This document shows positions 23,053-35,513 of a DNA stretch of 64,000 bases, in pieces. The notes under the pieces were generated by a model. It made no database searches, was not told the DNA's origin, and saw only the letters and a program-made list of their open reading frames with translations. This stretch comes from Callorhinchus milii (lineage: Eukaryota): the NCBI RefSeq assembly GCF_018977255.1, contig NW_024704742.1:105464001-105528000 (forward strand), read 5' to 3'. Each line of letters opens with the position of its first letter. The first letter of the stretch is position 1. Position numbers and translations under genes: made by a program.

Positions 23053-23519
23053 AGGATAGATGGCTTCTTAGAGGATTACCGATTTGGCTGTTACTGTATT
23101 GTGCATTTGTATAGTTCTATGAAGAGCGAGGGCACATTCAGGTTGTAGCGCTGAGACAAGTGTCCACGCTGAACAGTGTGAGCAACATCCACTTGGGTGA
23201 GGTACCAGAAGATGTCTAGCTTAAGTGAAGAATGAATCGAGTCTCGCTTTGTAAAGCCGAGTAGACTGTCAGCAACTCTGACTGGTGGTCTCTGGAGGAT
23301 GTCTTTGCCCACAGCCATTTTATAATTTGTCACCGTATCTCTGGGCAAACAGTGACAGCGCACTGCAATGTGAGACACGATGACAATGGCTGTGCTGCAT
23401 ATGGCTGCCACAGAGAGCATGCCTGAACACCACGCACACACACCTACACACACACACCCGTCCTCATTAACCCATTGAACACTAGTCGCAGGCACCTCCA
23501 GGTGAATTGAATTGTCCTC

Positions 23520-23788
23520 CTCCAGGAGGACAATTCAAAGCACTTCACAGGATTTATTGTCAAATTTCTTTGTACTGGTAGGCTGATGCAGCAGCCAATT
23601 TGCTCACAGCAATGTCCCACAAACAGCAATGAAGTAAATGACCAGTTTTATCTGGGGTATTATTGACCAGGACACCAAGAGAAACTACTTTCTCTTTTCA
23701 AATAGTACCATGGGATCCTTAACATTCGACTGAACAGGCAGATGTGACCTCAGTATAAAGTCTCATCCGAAGGATGGCATTTCCAACA
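23520..23788 (-). mobile_element. DeuSINE family A fragment
   Basis: cagcaatgtcccacaaacagcaatg, ccatgggatccttaac, gtctcatccgaaggatggca. Confidence 0.8.
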
Positions 23789-24279
23789 GATGTTTCTTTA
23801 TCGAACCCTAGTGTATGATTTTTATAGTAATCTAAGCAAATATAAAATAATAGATTCTATTAACAAACGCAGCTTTTCACAGAAGTATTTACGTCTATTT
23901 TGAGAAGGGTCATCCTTAGCTCACTCCTGTACAACACAAATCTTTGCCTGTTACCTCAGAACAGCAGTATAGTAAGGGTGATGTCTTTAGGAAGTTATCT
24001 TAACACTAGTACATCCAGAATAATGCAATATTATGTCAGATGCTTTTGACATACAATGTAAATATTTTGTTAGTTCTTTGATTTCCATCTCAGTCTCTCC
24101 TGAAGGTAATTCCTCTTTCTGAAGTCAGAGTGCCACAGGTGCTATTCTCTGCTATCTTATTCTTTTACAGATATGATCTGAGATAGTGAGTGTCTGCTGG
24201 TTATTGGACCGTACACAGCCTTACAGCAAAACTTGAGCAAGCCGGTACGCATACATCCACGCTCGCAGACACAGCCACT

Positions 24280-24452
24280 CTTGCGCACACAGACACACAC
24301 TCAGGCACACAGACACACACTCAGGCACACAGACACACACTCAGGCACACAGACACACACTCGGCACACAGACACGCTCAGGCACTCAGACACACAGAAA
24401 CACTCAGGCACACAGACACATTCAGGCACACAGAAACACTCACGCATACACG
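24280..24452. repeat. CA-rich minisatellite, 20-bp unit tcaggcacacagacacacac
   Basis: Three perfect units from 24301 followed by degenerate units. Confidence 0.95.
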
Positions 24453-25027
24453 CGTATTGAGATAATATGCGTCCCCCATTCTCCCCAATCCCTCCACTGC
24501 CAGACATTTAGAAAAAAACAGTATTAACCTGTTTTAACATCAAACCCTCTCTGACTGTGCTGTATAGAAATGAGTAATGGAGATTAGGGAAGAATGGAGA
24601 ATGAATTGGGATTAGGGAAATTAGCTTCAGTGAAGAGTTGCAAGCACCAGGATAAACTCAATGGGCTAAATGACCTCCTTCCATGCTCTAATTTCTGCGG
24701 TCCTATATCAAGGATCTAAGCTAAAAAAAAATTGTTGTGAACATGTGGAGCTTTCAGGTCTCATTGGCACAAGCATGTCATCCTTTGCTTTGCCTGGAGA
24801 TGTAATTTGAAAGTTAACCCAGGTTTGTAATCACTCCTTTATCCTGGTGTCACCTCCTGAAGCACCTCATTTACATGCAGTTTCTGTAGCCTGTTCTTCT
24901 TGCACTGAAGTGCACTATCCCTCCACATCTCACATATCTTCTGTCAGGGATTCCCAACACGCCAGGTTTAAGAACTGGAAGTTGCAATTACCAAAGAAAA
25001 TCCTGCTTTGCAACTCTCTCAGATTAA

Positions 25028-25314
25028 GGAGTCTTGTAGCTCAGTGGTTAGAGCACTCACCTACCAAGCGAGAGACCTGGGTTTAATTCCCTCAAACCTT
25101 GGGCAAGTTTTCTTACTCCACACGCCTAATAATAATCCCTCAAGAAAAAAAACAATAAAATAGGTCACATCAATCCACGACTGTTTGTGCGCAATTGGCT
25201 GCCACGTTTTGCTCACAAATATACAGTCAATTCACTTTACAGTCTATTCTGTGAAGCGCTTTGAGACATCTAGAAGACATGAAAAGAGTAATATCAAACG
25301 CAAGGATTATTATT
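25028..25314 (+). mobile_element. SINE family B, short subtype with the older tail loop
   Basis: ggagtcttgtagctcagtggttagagcac head; cacgcctaataataatccc junction; tail gagacatctagaagacatgaaa. Confidence 0.85.
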
Positions 25315-26099
25315 TATATTATTAAAGCCTATTGTTTTTTACTGTTGTGTTGAGACTCTTGACGGATTAGACTGACCTGCTGATTGCTTGACTACTTCAG
25401 GACAGGAGAATCGGCTTCTCTTTGTGCAACCTGATCTTTTGAGTGGCTGGGACTCGGAGAGTGTGGGCTCATTTTAGCTTGATGTAATTTGTAAACTAAC
25501 TCCTACCTGGCTTTTCTTAATTAAAACGCTTTGATAGATGTGTCAGTGAATTGAAGGGTTAATGTCAGTGCATTGGCTAACCTCGGGGCTGGAGTTGGCT
25601 TTACCGTGTGGAACAGGGGAGTTATCTCTTAATGATTCCCTATCTTTCACATCTCATTTAATTAAACCTTGATCAGTGTGGGGGTGTTGATGATCTGATG
25701 CTGCATGTTTTTATAGCTCTGGCCCAGATTAACTGCTTGAACTGGGACCAAAGAATCGGATGCTTAAATTACACTATTATTAGCCAGCTTGACTTGATGT
25801 GTCAGTGAGGGTATCTTGGCTGCTCCATAGCCCTAGGTTAGTGGGCAGCTTGCAAAAGCATTAAGATACAGTGGAAAAAAAAACTAATCTTTGATTAATG
25901 TAACCATGTTCAACCTTTGTAAAAGCAGGGTGAGTTTTATAAAGGTTAGGTATTATGAAAGGGTTATTTTGACTCTTGCTACTTTATTCTCCATAACTGC
26001 TGATGTTTACTTTAACATAGCGACCTGACAGGTCAAGGAGTTTAATTAAGACCTTGCATGGGGAAAGAAAGAACTAAAAAAAATGCGCTTTTAAGGCAC

Positions 26100-26405
26100 A
26101 ACACTCACAAGTGCCTCTCAAATGTTTTTTGTAGCAAACATGGCAGCCGTTTCATGCCACCAACTTCCCAAAGACAGGCCATGAGGTGAATGACCAATTC
26201 ATCTGGAGGATTGTTGGTTTGGACACCGGTAGAAACTCCCTTCTCTTTGTGAATAGTGTCAGGGGATTTTTAACACCAACTTCAACAGCAGGACAAACTT
26301 TCCTCAGTCCTGCAATCCAGATAATGAGCTCAAATCCCCCACGTGGGGCTTGACCCACAACCTTCTGACCCGGAGGCGTGAGTGCTACCAACTGAGACAA
26401 AACTG
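26100..26405 (-). mobile_element. DeuSINE family A, internally deleted
   Basis: cccacaaccttctgacccggaggcgtgagtgctaccaactgag head. Confidence 0.75.
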
Positions 26406-26946
26406 CCACTGAGCATCAATAGTGCTTTCTGGTCTGCTTCCCATTGTGATAGGGTCATTAAATTCTGTTCGTGAATTCTGTAGCAGTTCTGCCACGTGTT
26501 AGACGTGTTTTGCACCAGTTCTGTTTTGCCAAGTTCCGCTCTTTCTCTGTAAAGGGGTAGCCTTGAGAAAAACAGCAATTTGCACATTATTTTTAATTCC
26601 AAGACTGTGAAATATCAGCATTATTCGCTACACAGCTCAACGATTCTTGCCCTGACAAATGATTGATAGGTTGATTACATTGTACTGTCAAAAAGATCAG
26701 TCGTGATATTGCTGCTTCCCTGTGCGCCTTCCGCCTCTCCCCACTGTGAGGTTATCTGTCTAATTGAAGCACTTTGGCTGTCAGGTAATACTTCTATGTG
26801 AAGGTCCACTTCAGTAGTCACAATTAAACAGAGTAACAAAATGCTTTATTAAGCTAGAAAATAGCTACTGTAGGCAAGGTTCTGTGTTTTTTACACAAAC
26901 CATGTCGGAGTTAAATTTATCATCCACATGATATTTATCAAATGGA

Positions 26947-27520
26947 ATAAATAATCCTTTCATTTGGTGCAGTACATTTCACGTCCAAAGAACATATAAA
27001 GCACTTCACTGTCTGGTGGAGTGACTCTGTTTTTTTGGGAGAACGCAGAAGACAATTTGTGCACTGAAATGTCCCAACATAACAATAAAGTGAATACCCA
27101 GTTTTATCTCGAGGATTGTTGGCCAGGACAAATTAAAGGTGGTTATTTTTGATATTTCAAAGAATAGTAGACTATTTTCTGCTGTGCCATAAGTTCTTCC
27201 TTGTGAAGCATGACAACCGCAAAGTGAATGGTCAGTTTTATGTTGAGAATTGTTGACCAGAACACCGGAAGAAACTCTCTTCTCTTTTCGAATAATTCTA
27301 CGGGATCTTGAACATTTACCTGAACAGGCAGACAGGACCTGTGAGTAATGTCTCATCCGAAGGATGACACCACCAATAGTACAGCACTGCCCCAGCACTA
27401 TATTGGAGTGTCAGTCTACACTGTTTGAGTTCAAAGTCGCAATGTGGGGCATGAACCCACAATCTTCTGACTCAAGAGTGCTATGGGAGAGAGTGCTACC
27501 AACTGGGCCAGGCTAACACA
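26947..27520 (-). mobile_element. Two adjacent DeuSINE family A pieces
   Basis: Tail at 26947-27130; Deu domain and head at 27205-27520 (gtctcatccgaaggatgaca, gagagtgctaccaactgggccaggctaacac). Confidence 0.75.
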
Positions 27521-27607
27521 CAAGACTGGAAGTGGGAACCACCCTCCCCCAATGCCATTCCCCCAGTGGTGAAGTAGGGCTTGCAGATCATCCTTCAGCC
27601 TGATATC

Positions 27608-27822
27608 AATAATAATAATAATAATATTCTTTGCATTTGTTATAGCGCTTTTCACCTCTTCTAGACATCTCAAAGCGCTTCACAGAATATAGTGTAAAGT
27701 GAATTGACTGTATATTTGTGGGCGAAACGCGGCAGCCAATTGCGCATAGCAGTGCCCCACAAACAGTCGTGGATTGAGTGACCAAATTATTATTGTTTTT
27801 TTTTCTTGAGGGATTATTATCA
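27608..27822 (-). mobile_element. SINE family B 3' half
   Basis: (aat)n tail, ggcgaaacgcggcagccaattgcgc, ends at gagggattattat. Confidence 0.85.
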
Positions 27823-28633
27823 GGCAAGACCCGAGAGCCTGAAGTCCAGTCCACCTGACCCATATTCTGAGACATTACCATTGAGAACGATTCCAGAGAA
27901 TTCTCCTCACGTCCATTTTATTCAATCCATATCGCGTGAACTGCAAATTTGTCCGCATTATTTGAAGAGTCGAGTGTTTAAATTAAACACAAAACAGTTG
28001 TGGAAGTTATGGTTGAAGCATTGTTAATACATTGAGTTTGATTTTACAACAACTTTGGCTTACATGAAAATGGGTGTTGCTTTTTTAAATAAACATTGAG
28101 GGATAAATGGCAGAGTGTCCGGCAGTCTGTCACTAACATTGATTTTCCTTGCCTTTAGCTTCCTATTTTCTTGCCAGTTGTCTATATAATTTGTAACAAT
28201 TTGCTTGCCCTACAACATAGAGAAATTTTAACTGATAGTCCTTCAGTTGAAATAAAACTCAATTTTGGGTTGTAATAAAAAATGCACTTGGTGATTTTAC
28301 CACCTTGTGATGCAAAATTACAGTTCTTTTGCAACCTGAGGCATTAACTTATTGAAAACTTAATGGAATGGATTGACTCTTGGGCACTGATAAAACCACT
28401 TCAGCAGTAAGCAAATTTCAAAGGTTACTGAGTAAAATAAATCAATATGTGCTTCTGCAGCACTTCAACGTTATAATAGACACAAGCTCATGAATTCTGC
28501 AAGCAGCCTATCGAACGCCAACGCAGTAGTTGTCCCACAGATCCTGGGGTATCTAATGGAAGTTGCAACAGTCAAGAAAAAGGAAGTGAGTTTAATAATG
28601 TAATCTTGTAATGTACTAATAATGTAATAATGT

Positions 28634-29022
28634 GGTGTCCTGTAGCTTAGTGATTAGAGCACTTGCCTCGCAAGCGAGAGACCTGGGTTTGATTCCTGAC
28701 AGGATGAAATGTTGGGCAAGTTTCCTTTCTCCACATGGCTCTGTTTACCGAACAGTAAGTAGGAACCCAATTGTTAGTCGATTGGTGAATCGCTTTTCTG
28801 GGGGTAATAATTTTTTCAAAACAAAAATAAACTTAAAAAAAGATAATAACTTGGTCACTCAATCAACAACTGTTTGTGGGACACTGCTGTGCGCAATTGG
28901 CTGCTGCGTTTCGCCCACAAAATAAATTGTCAATTCATTTTGCAGTATATTTTGTGAAGTGCTTTGAGATGTCTCAAGATCTTATAAGACGCTATATCAA
29001 ATGCAAGGATTATTATTATTAT
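28634..29022 (+). mobile_element. SINE family B, long subtype
   Basis: ggtgtcctgtagcttagtgattagagcacttgcctcgcaagcgag...caaggattattattatt. Confidence 0.88.
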
Positions 29023-29559
29023 CTTCACATCGAGTAGTGCTTCAGATACTTTGAGAAAGGCTGATGATGTTTGGCAAAAAATAAAAAAAAATCTGCTTTT
29101 GTGGAAGAGTGATTTTAATTGATTTCTGCCAATTTATTGGATGTGCAATGCTAAACGTATGAAGGTTAGTTTCATACATTACTGTTAAATCAAGGCCTTA
29201 ACCAAAGATAAGTTAGTGTGACGGGAATTGGGCCAGTGACTTAAAGACTTCAAGTTCGTTATGTTAATTCTGCTTTGTTTCACCTACAAAATGTGGTATC
29301 TGTACCTTCAATGCTCGTTTTGCACTGCAGTTATGTGTTAACTGTTATACCTTACTGAGCAATGAGGTCAAAGTTGTGATATTTTTCCATTCCATGGAAT
29401 CAAGTTGATAACTGCCATGGGCGAACACAGCCCTACTTCCTAATGTTTTTCAAATAGTTGTTCTCACACCATTCCAGTATTTCGGTGCCTGTTTGGAATA
29501 CCATCTTAACTCAACTTTGCACCCACTGTTTAAAAACTCTTGTTTCTTTTATAATTGTG

Positions 29560-30165
29560 CTGTAGGTTCTTTAACACACAACTCAACAGATCTTGAGTTT
29601 AATGCTTAATTTTCAACAATAGAGTGTTCCCTCAGTACAACACCAGAGTGTCAGCCTGGATCACAAGCTCACATTCCAACATGGGGCTTGAATTTATAAC
29701 CTACTAAGCTTGAGGCAAGAGAGCTACCAAGTGAGCCAAACGGACATCCAAGATGAACCCACAAAAAGTCTATTCTGGTGTCAGCCTCGCTCAGGTAGTA
29801 GCACTCTTGCCCATGAGTCAGAAGTGCCCACATCAGGAGTTGAACTTACAGCCAGCGCAATGCCTGGGGGTGCGCTGCATTGTCGGAGGTCCCGTCCTTT
29901 GGATGAGCTGTTAAAACTGAGGTCCTGTCTGCCTGTTCAGGTGGAGGGTAAAGAACTCTTGACACTATTCGGAAAGAGAAGGGAGTGTTTCCCGGTGTCA
30001 TGGCCAGATTAACTTTATGACTGTTTGTGGGACACTACTCTACCCAGATTGGCTGCCATGGTTCTCCTTAAAAAATCATAGTCACTATCCTTTACATTAA
30101 ATTGAGTAAAGTGCTTTGAAATATCCTCCAGAGGTGAAATTGTAAAAGGCGCTACTATAATAATA
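29560..30165. mobile_element. Head-to-head pair of DeuSINE family A copies (- at about 29560-29740; + at 29778-30165)
   Basis: gagagctaccaagtgagcc (minus-strand head) and gtgtcagcctcgctcaggtagtagcactcttgcc (plus-strand head). Confidence 0.7.
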
Positions 30166-30977
30166 TTGTTCTTTGGTCATTTGACTATCAAGTACAATTG
30201 TTGAAGTCATTGATTGTCTTCTGGGCTTGCAGGTCAGTGTGATGTGTGAGGAACCATCATTTCATTGTTAGCATGCAAAGACATCTAAACTCTCCAGTAC
30301 GAAAGGATCTCACTCCCAACCAGCTTTTCAGAAAGCCTGCACGTTGCCAACAGGAGACTGACTTAAAAACTTTAATTTCTGGTGGCAAAGGACTTCCCAA
30401 AGAAGCAGTAGATCATTACAATGGAATAGTCACCCAGTCTGTGGATCGAAAGTAATTAGAGCAGCTATGGCACGACATGAAGAGCTGTGTGATTACTAAA
30501 GTGATTGAAAACAGACAATTTGAAGTGTATTGCACTGTAACTGAGTCAGTCTCTGGTGGTTCTGTGTCCAACCAAGTGCTGCTTGGGATCAAGGGTGACA
30601 GGTGCAGAGACTGGCTGACAGGTATTTCAAGACTTGACTGAACTTTCAATTGTTTTTCGAAAAGCCCTAGAAAAGGACAACTTAATTTGTCATTGTTTTC
30701 GATTACTAATACAGTTAAGGAAATAAAGTATTTTTTTTTAAACTCGTTTGTTATAGTAGAGAAAGAGAGAGAGAAAGAGAAGAGTTGGCATAATGTGGCA
30801 TTATAGTTACAGGATAGCTCCTGATGTAGCTTTCTTTTTTAGTTGGTGCTGCAACCAATTTGTGTTCAATTGTCCACACTGCTTGCTTATCTGCCATGGG
30901 GCCGGTCCCATTCGGTGCAGATAAACAGCTTTCTACTATAATAATTGTGTTCAAGTGTTTTTATTCTGAAATGCTGT

Positions 30978-31049
30978 ACACTGTCCAGCCCTTGGGACGT
31001 CCTCCCGACTGAAAGGCGCTCGACAAATAAAATCCTGTTGTTGTTGTTG
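30978..31049 (+). mobile_element. 5'-truncated L2 3' end
   Basis: ctgtccagcccttgggacgtcctcccgactgaaaggcgct...tgttgttgttgtt. Confidence 0.85.
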
Positions 31050-31697
31050 GCAGCTGCCATGTTTCCTTGAGTTTTCAACATTCCAAAATAAATCTAATTT
31101 TTCACCAAGCTTTATCTGAGGTTTCTTGCGACAAAATTCCTCCCACGGATTGTTTTACAAAAATAGTTTCTGGGGAAAAAAAGCAAAAATTAGCAGGGTT
31201 TTTATTTACTGAATAAAAACATGTAATGATCCTTAAATACAGTGCATAATAATTTGAAATCTCAAGAAGTGATAATAAGCACTAGGGGTTGTTGAACTGT
31301 GTACTGCTTTACATACTGCAGGATAGTTTCATATTAGATCCTGATGTTGATGTTATGTGTTTATTTTAAAGGGCGTGGTTTTTTGTTGAATATGCTTAGG
31401 AAGGATCTTCGGGTGTAGAGTTTCACATATAGATCCGCACAAAGGGGATCTCTTGCCTGGATGAAATGGAAGCTTTGGGTTGTAGAGGTGAGACTACCTT
31501 CCTTGTCAGCAGCTCATCACAGACATAAAAAGTCAGGTGCTCAACCTTTGCACCCTCCTCAATCAAGCCAGGCAGAGAGTTCTTCTTACTAATTTTCTCC
31601 CCTACTTTGATCCCAATGTTGCCTTCCACAGTTCCACGGTGTCAGTCGGCTCTCCATTACCTTACCCATGTAGTAGCTATTATTTATGAGTGAGTAT

Positions 31698-32768
31698 TAG
31701 GAACATAGGAACAGGAGGAGGCCATTCAACCCTTCGAGCCTGTTCCGCCATCTGATTAGATCATGGCTGATGTGTACCTCAACTAATCCTTTCAATTACA
31801 ATTTCCCACTTTCTCCCCATATCCCTTAATACCCTGACCTACCAAAAATCTAGCAACCTCACTCTTGAAGGTGTGGATGGATGCAACATCCACAGCCTTT
31901 TGGGGGAGAGAATTCCAGATTTCTACCACCCTTTGAGTGAACAAATACTTCCTGATTTCACTCAGCCTGGTTCTAATTTTAAGACTATGCCCCTTGTTTT
32001 GGATTCCCCCACCAGAGGAAATAGCTTCTCTGTATCTACCCTATCAAATCCCTTTATCATCTTAAATACCTCAATCAAATCACTCCTCAACCTTCTAAAC
32101 TCAAGGGAATACAATCCAAGTTTTCACAGCCTTTCCTCGTAAGTTAACCCTTTTAGGCCTGTTAACATTCTGGTGAACCTGCGTTGCACCCCCTCCAGGG
32201 CCAATATATCTTTCCTGAGGTGTGGTGCCCAAAACTGAAAGCAGTACTCCAGATGGGGTCTGACTAACACTCTATACAGCTAAAGCAGTATTTTGCCTTT
32301 TGGCTTTTGGATTACTTTTTGCATCTGGAAACTAGTTTTAAATGATTTGTGGATATGGATACCCAAATCTCCACAGTTCTTAATTTCTCTCCATTAAGAA
32401 AATATTCTGCTTTATCATTTTTCGGTCCATAGTGGATGACCTCACACTTCCTTACATTGAACTCCATCTGCCACAGCTTTGCCCACTCACTTAAACTGTC
32501 TTAAGTTCCTTTGTAACTTCCTACTCCCATCTACACAACTTACTGAGCCTCCTAGCTTAGTGTCGTCTACAAACTTGGATATAAAACTTTCTATTCTTTC
32601 ATCCGAGTCATTTTATATATGGTGAATCGCTGGGGTCCCTGTACAGACCCCCTGGAGGACACCACTCGTCACATCCCCCAATCAAAGAATGTTCCCTTTA
32701 TTCCTATTCTCTGCTTCCTACCTCCCAACCAATTACCAAGCCACATCACAAGGTTACCTCCGAATCCA
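31698..32768 (-). mobile_element. CR1 RT 3' fragment, about 1.07 kb
   Basis: ggaacataggaacaggaggaggccattcaaccc tail; gcccaaaactgaaagcagtactccagatggggtctgac; gtgtcgtctacaaactt (antisense FxDDT); ggggtccctgtacagacccc (antisense PQGSV-type region). Confidence 0.88.
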
Positions 32769-34139
32769 AGTGTTGGGGGGTGGGCGTGGGGGGGTAGGTT
32801 CTATATTGTGATCAAGAGCGCATACTCTGTCTGATTTAGAGTTGAGCTGCTGAGCCCCTACTGCTGTCTTAGCCGGGATCAGCAAACTCAGGACAGACTG
32901 GGTATTGGATCTGGCATTTTCTTGATCTATTGACTGAGATGTTCAGTGGTAAATGCCTTGAAACATTGACAGTGCTGAGATCAGTAATGTTATGCAGGAA
33001 ATGATATGCAACTCACCGCAGGGTGTGATGTTGCTGGCAGCTAAACACTAAAGTGTTTTGTTTTAAATCTCGCTTCTGGTTTTAGGCCACCTTTTTACTT
33101 ACGATTTTTGGTATTATCTGGACTGTAAAATAACACTCTTCAACAGGTAATGCCTCTCTCTCTCTCTCCCCAGCCTCCTTTCAGTCATCTTCAAGTCAAC
33201 CCACCCACAAAAGGTTTATCAGAAACGAAGTATAAAAACTTTTTGTCAATTCAGCAGGTGGTGAATATCAAATAGATTCCCAATCTTTTGCTTTAAAATG
33301 AATTTTTTGAAAATTATTTTTGAAGGATCTGGAGACCCGTGCTATAAGATGTGAAATGTAAGTTATATACTTCGCTTCACTTCCAGCGTAATTTCTTACT
33401 CGATGACCACAAACTAAGTTGCAGTACTGAACAAACAGACCATCTCTGTTGCCACAGAGCAACCATTCTGCCTGACTTTCCTTTGCTTAGCACCTGCTGT
33501 GCTGTGTCCCATGAGACTTAAGGGGTTAAAAGTCTGTAAATCAAAAGTCATCTGAATGAGCGTAAGATAAAAAGTCAGATTAGCTTAGTGCACAGAGCAC
33601 TGCTACTGAATTTAGAGCGATTCTCCCCGCTCAGCTGGATTCACTGAATATGCAACAAATCAAGCAGTAGCTAGTCGCATTGTTTCTGTCATCTGTGCGG
33701 CAGTAAAAAAAGATGGGGTGCCAGAATTAATACTCTTCAGCACAGTGCACTGGTGGCTGTTTAACAACCATGCCAGGCTGCGCAGAGAGCCTCTGGCACT
33801 CAGAGCTGTCACTCCAAATGACTGAGATTCCTATGGCTGCAGAATTTACTTGAAAAGTGCTTAAAAGTTTCTCAGATTTATGCTACTTATCAACACAGTG
33901 GTGGACAGTTCGCAATGTCTGTCGAGCACGGTTCTGAACCGTAATGTACTTTGATGATTCCAAGTCAGATTTGAGAAGTATTGGGTTCGGAAGGTTCTTC
34001 GGGGTCAGAGGAGGTGAATAGGTGGTCCGGGGCACAGTGATTTATTTACCCCCCCTGTTATTTCATTGAAGTGTGCTCATTTGTTTGAAACAAAATGATT
34101 TAGGGATGAGGAAAACCAATAAACGTATCCAGAACATTT

Positions 34140-34392
34140 AGATCCTTGTATTTGTTACAGCACCTTATCATGTCATTGAGACGTCTCAAAGCGCTTCACA
34201 GGATATACTGTATAGTGAATTGACTGTATTTTGTGGGTGAAAGCAGCAGCTCATTGTGCACAGCAGTGTCCCAAAAATAGTCAGTGATTGAGTGACAATT
34301 TCTTTTTATGTTTGGGGGACTTGTTGGTCGGGTTAACGGGAAAAACTCCCTTCACTTTTTGAATAGTGCTATGAGATTTTTAACAACCACCT
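34140..34392 (-). mobile_element. DeuSINE family A/B-type 3' fragment
   Basis: ccttatcatgtcattgagacgtctcaaagcgcttcacagg, gcagcagctcattgtgcacagcagtgtccc. Confidence 0.75.
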
Positions 34393-34487
34393 ATCAAGCC
34401 ATCTCCACTGTTTGCCTATAGAGTCACTACACTTTGCAATTAAAATAACTCCTGTGAAGTGTCGGGATGCATTGAGGCTGTGATAAT

Positions 34488-34583
34488 AATAACAACAACT
34501 TGCACTTATGTAGCACCCTCCATGCAGGGTAGCGTCTCTGAGCGCTTAACAGTGGCGGAGCCTGACTCTGCCACTGTTAAGCG
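34488..34583 (-). mobile_element. Older-subfamily L2 3' end with a terminal fold-back
   Basis: aacaacaacttgcacttatgtagcaccctcc..., ending in an 18-bp hairpin at 34543-34583. Confidence 0.7.
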
Positions 34584-35164
34584 GAGTCACTGTTATAATA
34601 ATATTCGCATTTGTTATAGCGCCTTATCACGTCTTCAAAGCGCTTCACGGAATATACTGATAAAGTGTTAAATATGATAAAATGCTCCATCAAATGCAAG
34701 GATTGTCATACTATTATTTTTTATTAAACTAGCCCTACAGTGAAAAGTTTTCACATAACAGGTAGCCTCGATGCATTCATGGGATGCTTTCTTCATCACA
34801 GGAGAGTTAGGAGAGGCACAGCAGTCACGTTGTGGCTTTCACGTGATACAATCCCTGTTACATACAGTTGATGTCTTTTGATGAATTGTTTGTGTTTGCC
34901 AAGCACTTCCCAATAAAAATACTAAGCCACCAAATTGGTGCAGTGGACGACAATTAACCAGTCAGATCTGGGGTTCAATCTAGTCCAGATTAGTGGGATG
35001 AGAATCATTTTCGTAAGACTACTGAGGGAATGGAGAATGGGACAGTGTCAATCCAATTTCAGTCAGGTGTGGGTACTACCTCACAGAATTGTTCACTATG
35101 TGTCCCCAGTTGGTACTAACATTGGCAGTTCAATCAGGCAGTCAGTGAGCAATTTGAAAAAGTC

Positions 35165-35513
35165 ACTCTCTCAACCCGCCCACTCCCTCTGCTCAATGGG
35201 CACTGTCTTGCTTCATGTCTCCCGCCCTGTCCGTTCCACCATTGGTGGTTGGGCTTTCAGCCTTTCGGCACCCCATTCTCTGGTGTCCCTCTGCCTCGTT
35301 CCTTTCCTTGGCGTCCTTCAAGGTCCACATCAGGACCTACCTCTTTGATTGCACCTTCGGCCATCTTTCCCCTGCCACCCCCATCCCCACATCCTTTGGC
35401 TCACCCCCCCCCATCCGACCTCCAGATTGGGTTCAAACACTCAACTGTCCAGGGCCTTGGGACGTCCATCCGACATGAAAGGCGCTCTGTAAATGTAATT
35501 TGTCATTGTTATT
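35165..35513 (+). mobile_element. L2 3' fragment (ORF end plus 3'UTR)
   Basis: Translates to LLHVSRPVRSTIGGWAFSLSAP, matching the intact ORF's LLHVPRPNRPTIGGRAFSLSAP; stem-loop gccttgggacgtccatccgacatgaaaggcgc. Confidence 0.85.

Noticed and set aside
24190..24507. Thr/His/Gln-rich and Cys/Val-rich ORFs
   Set aside because: Translations of the CA-rich minisatellite.
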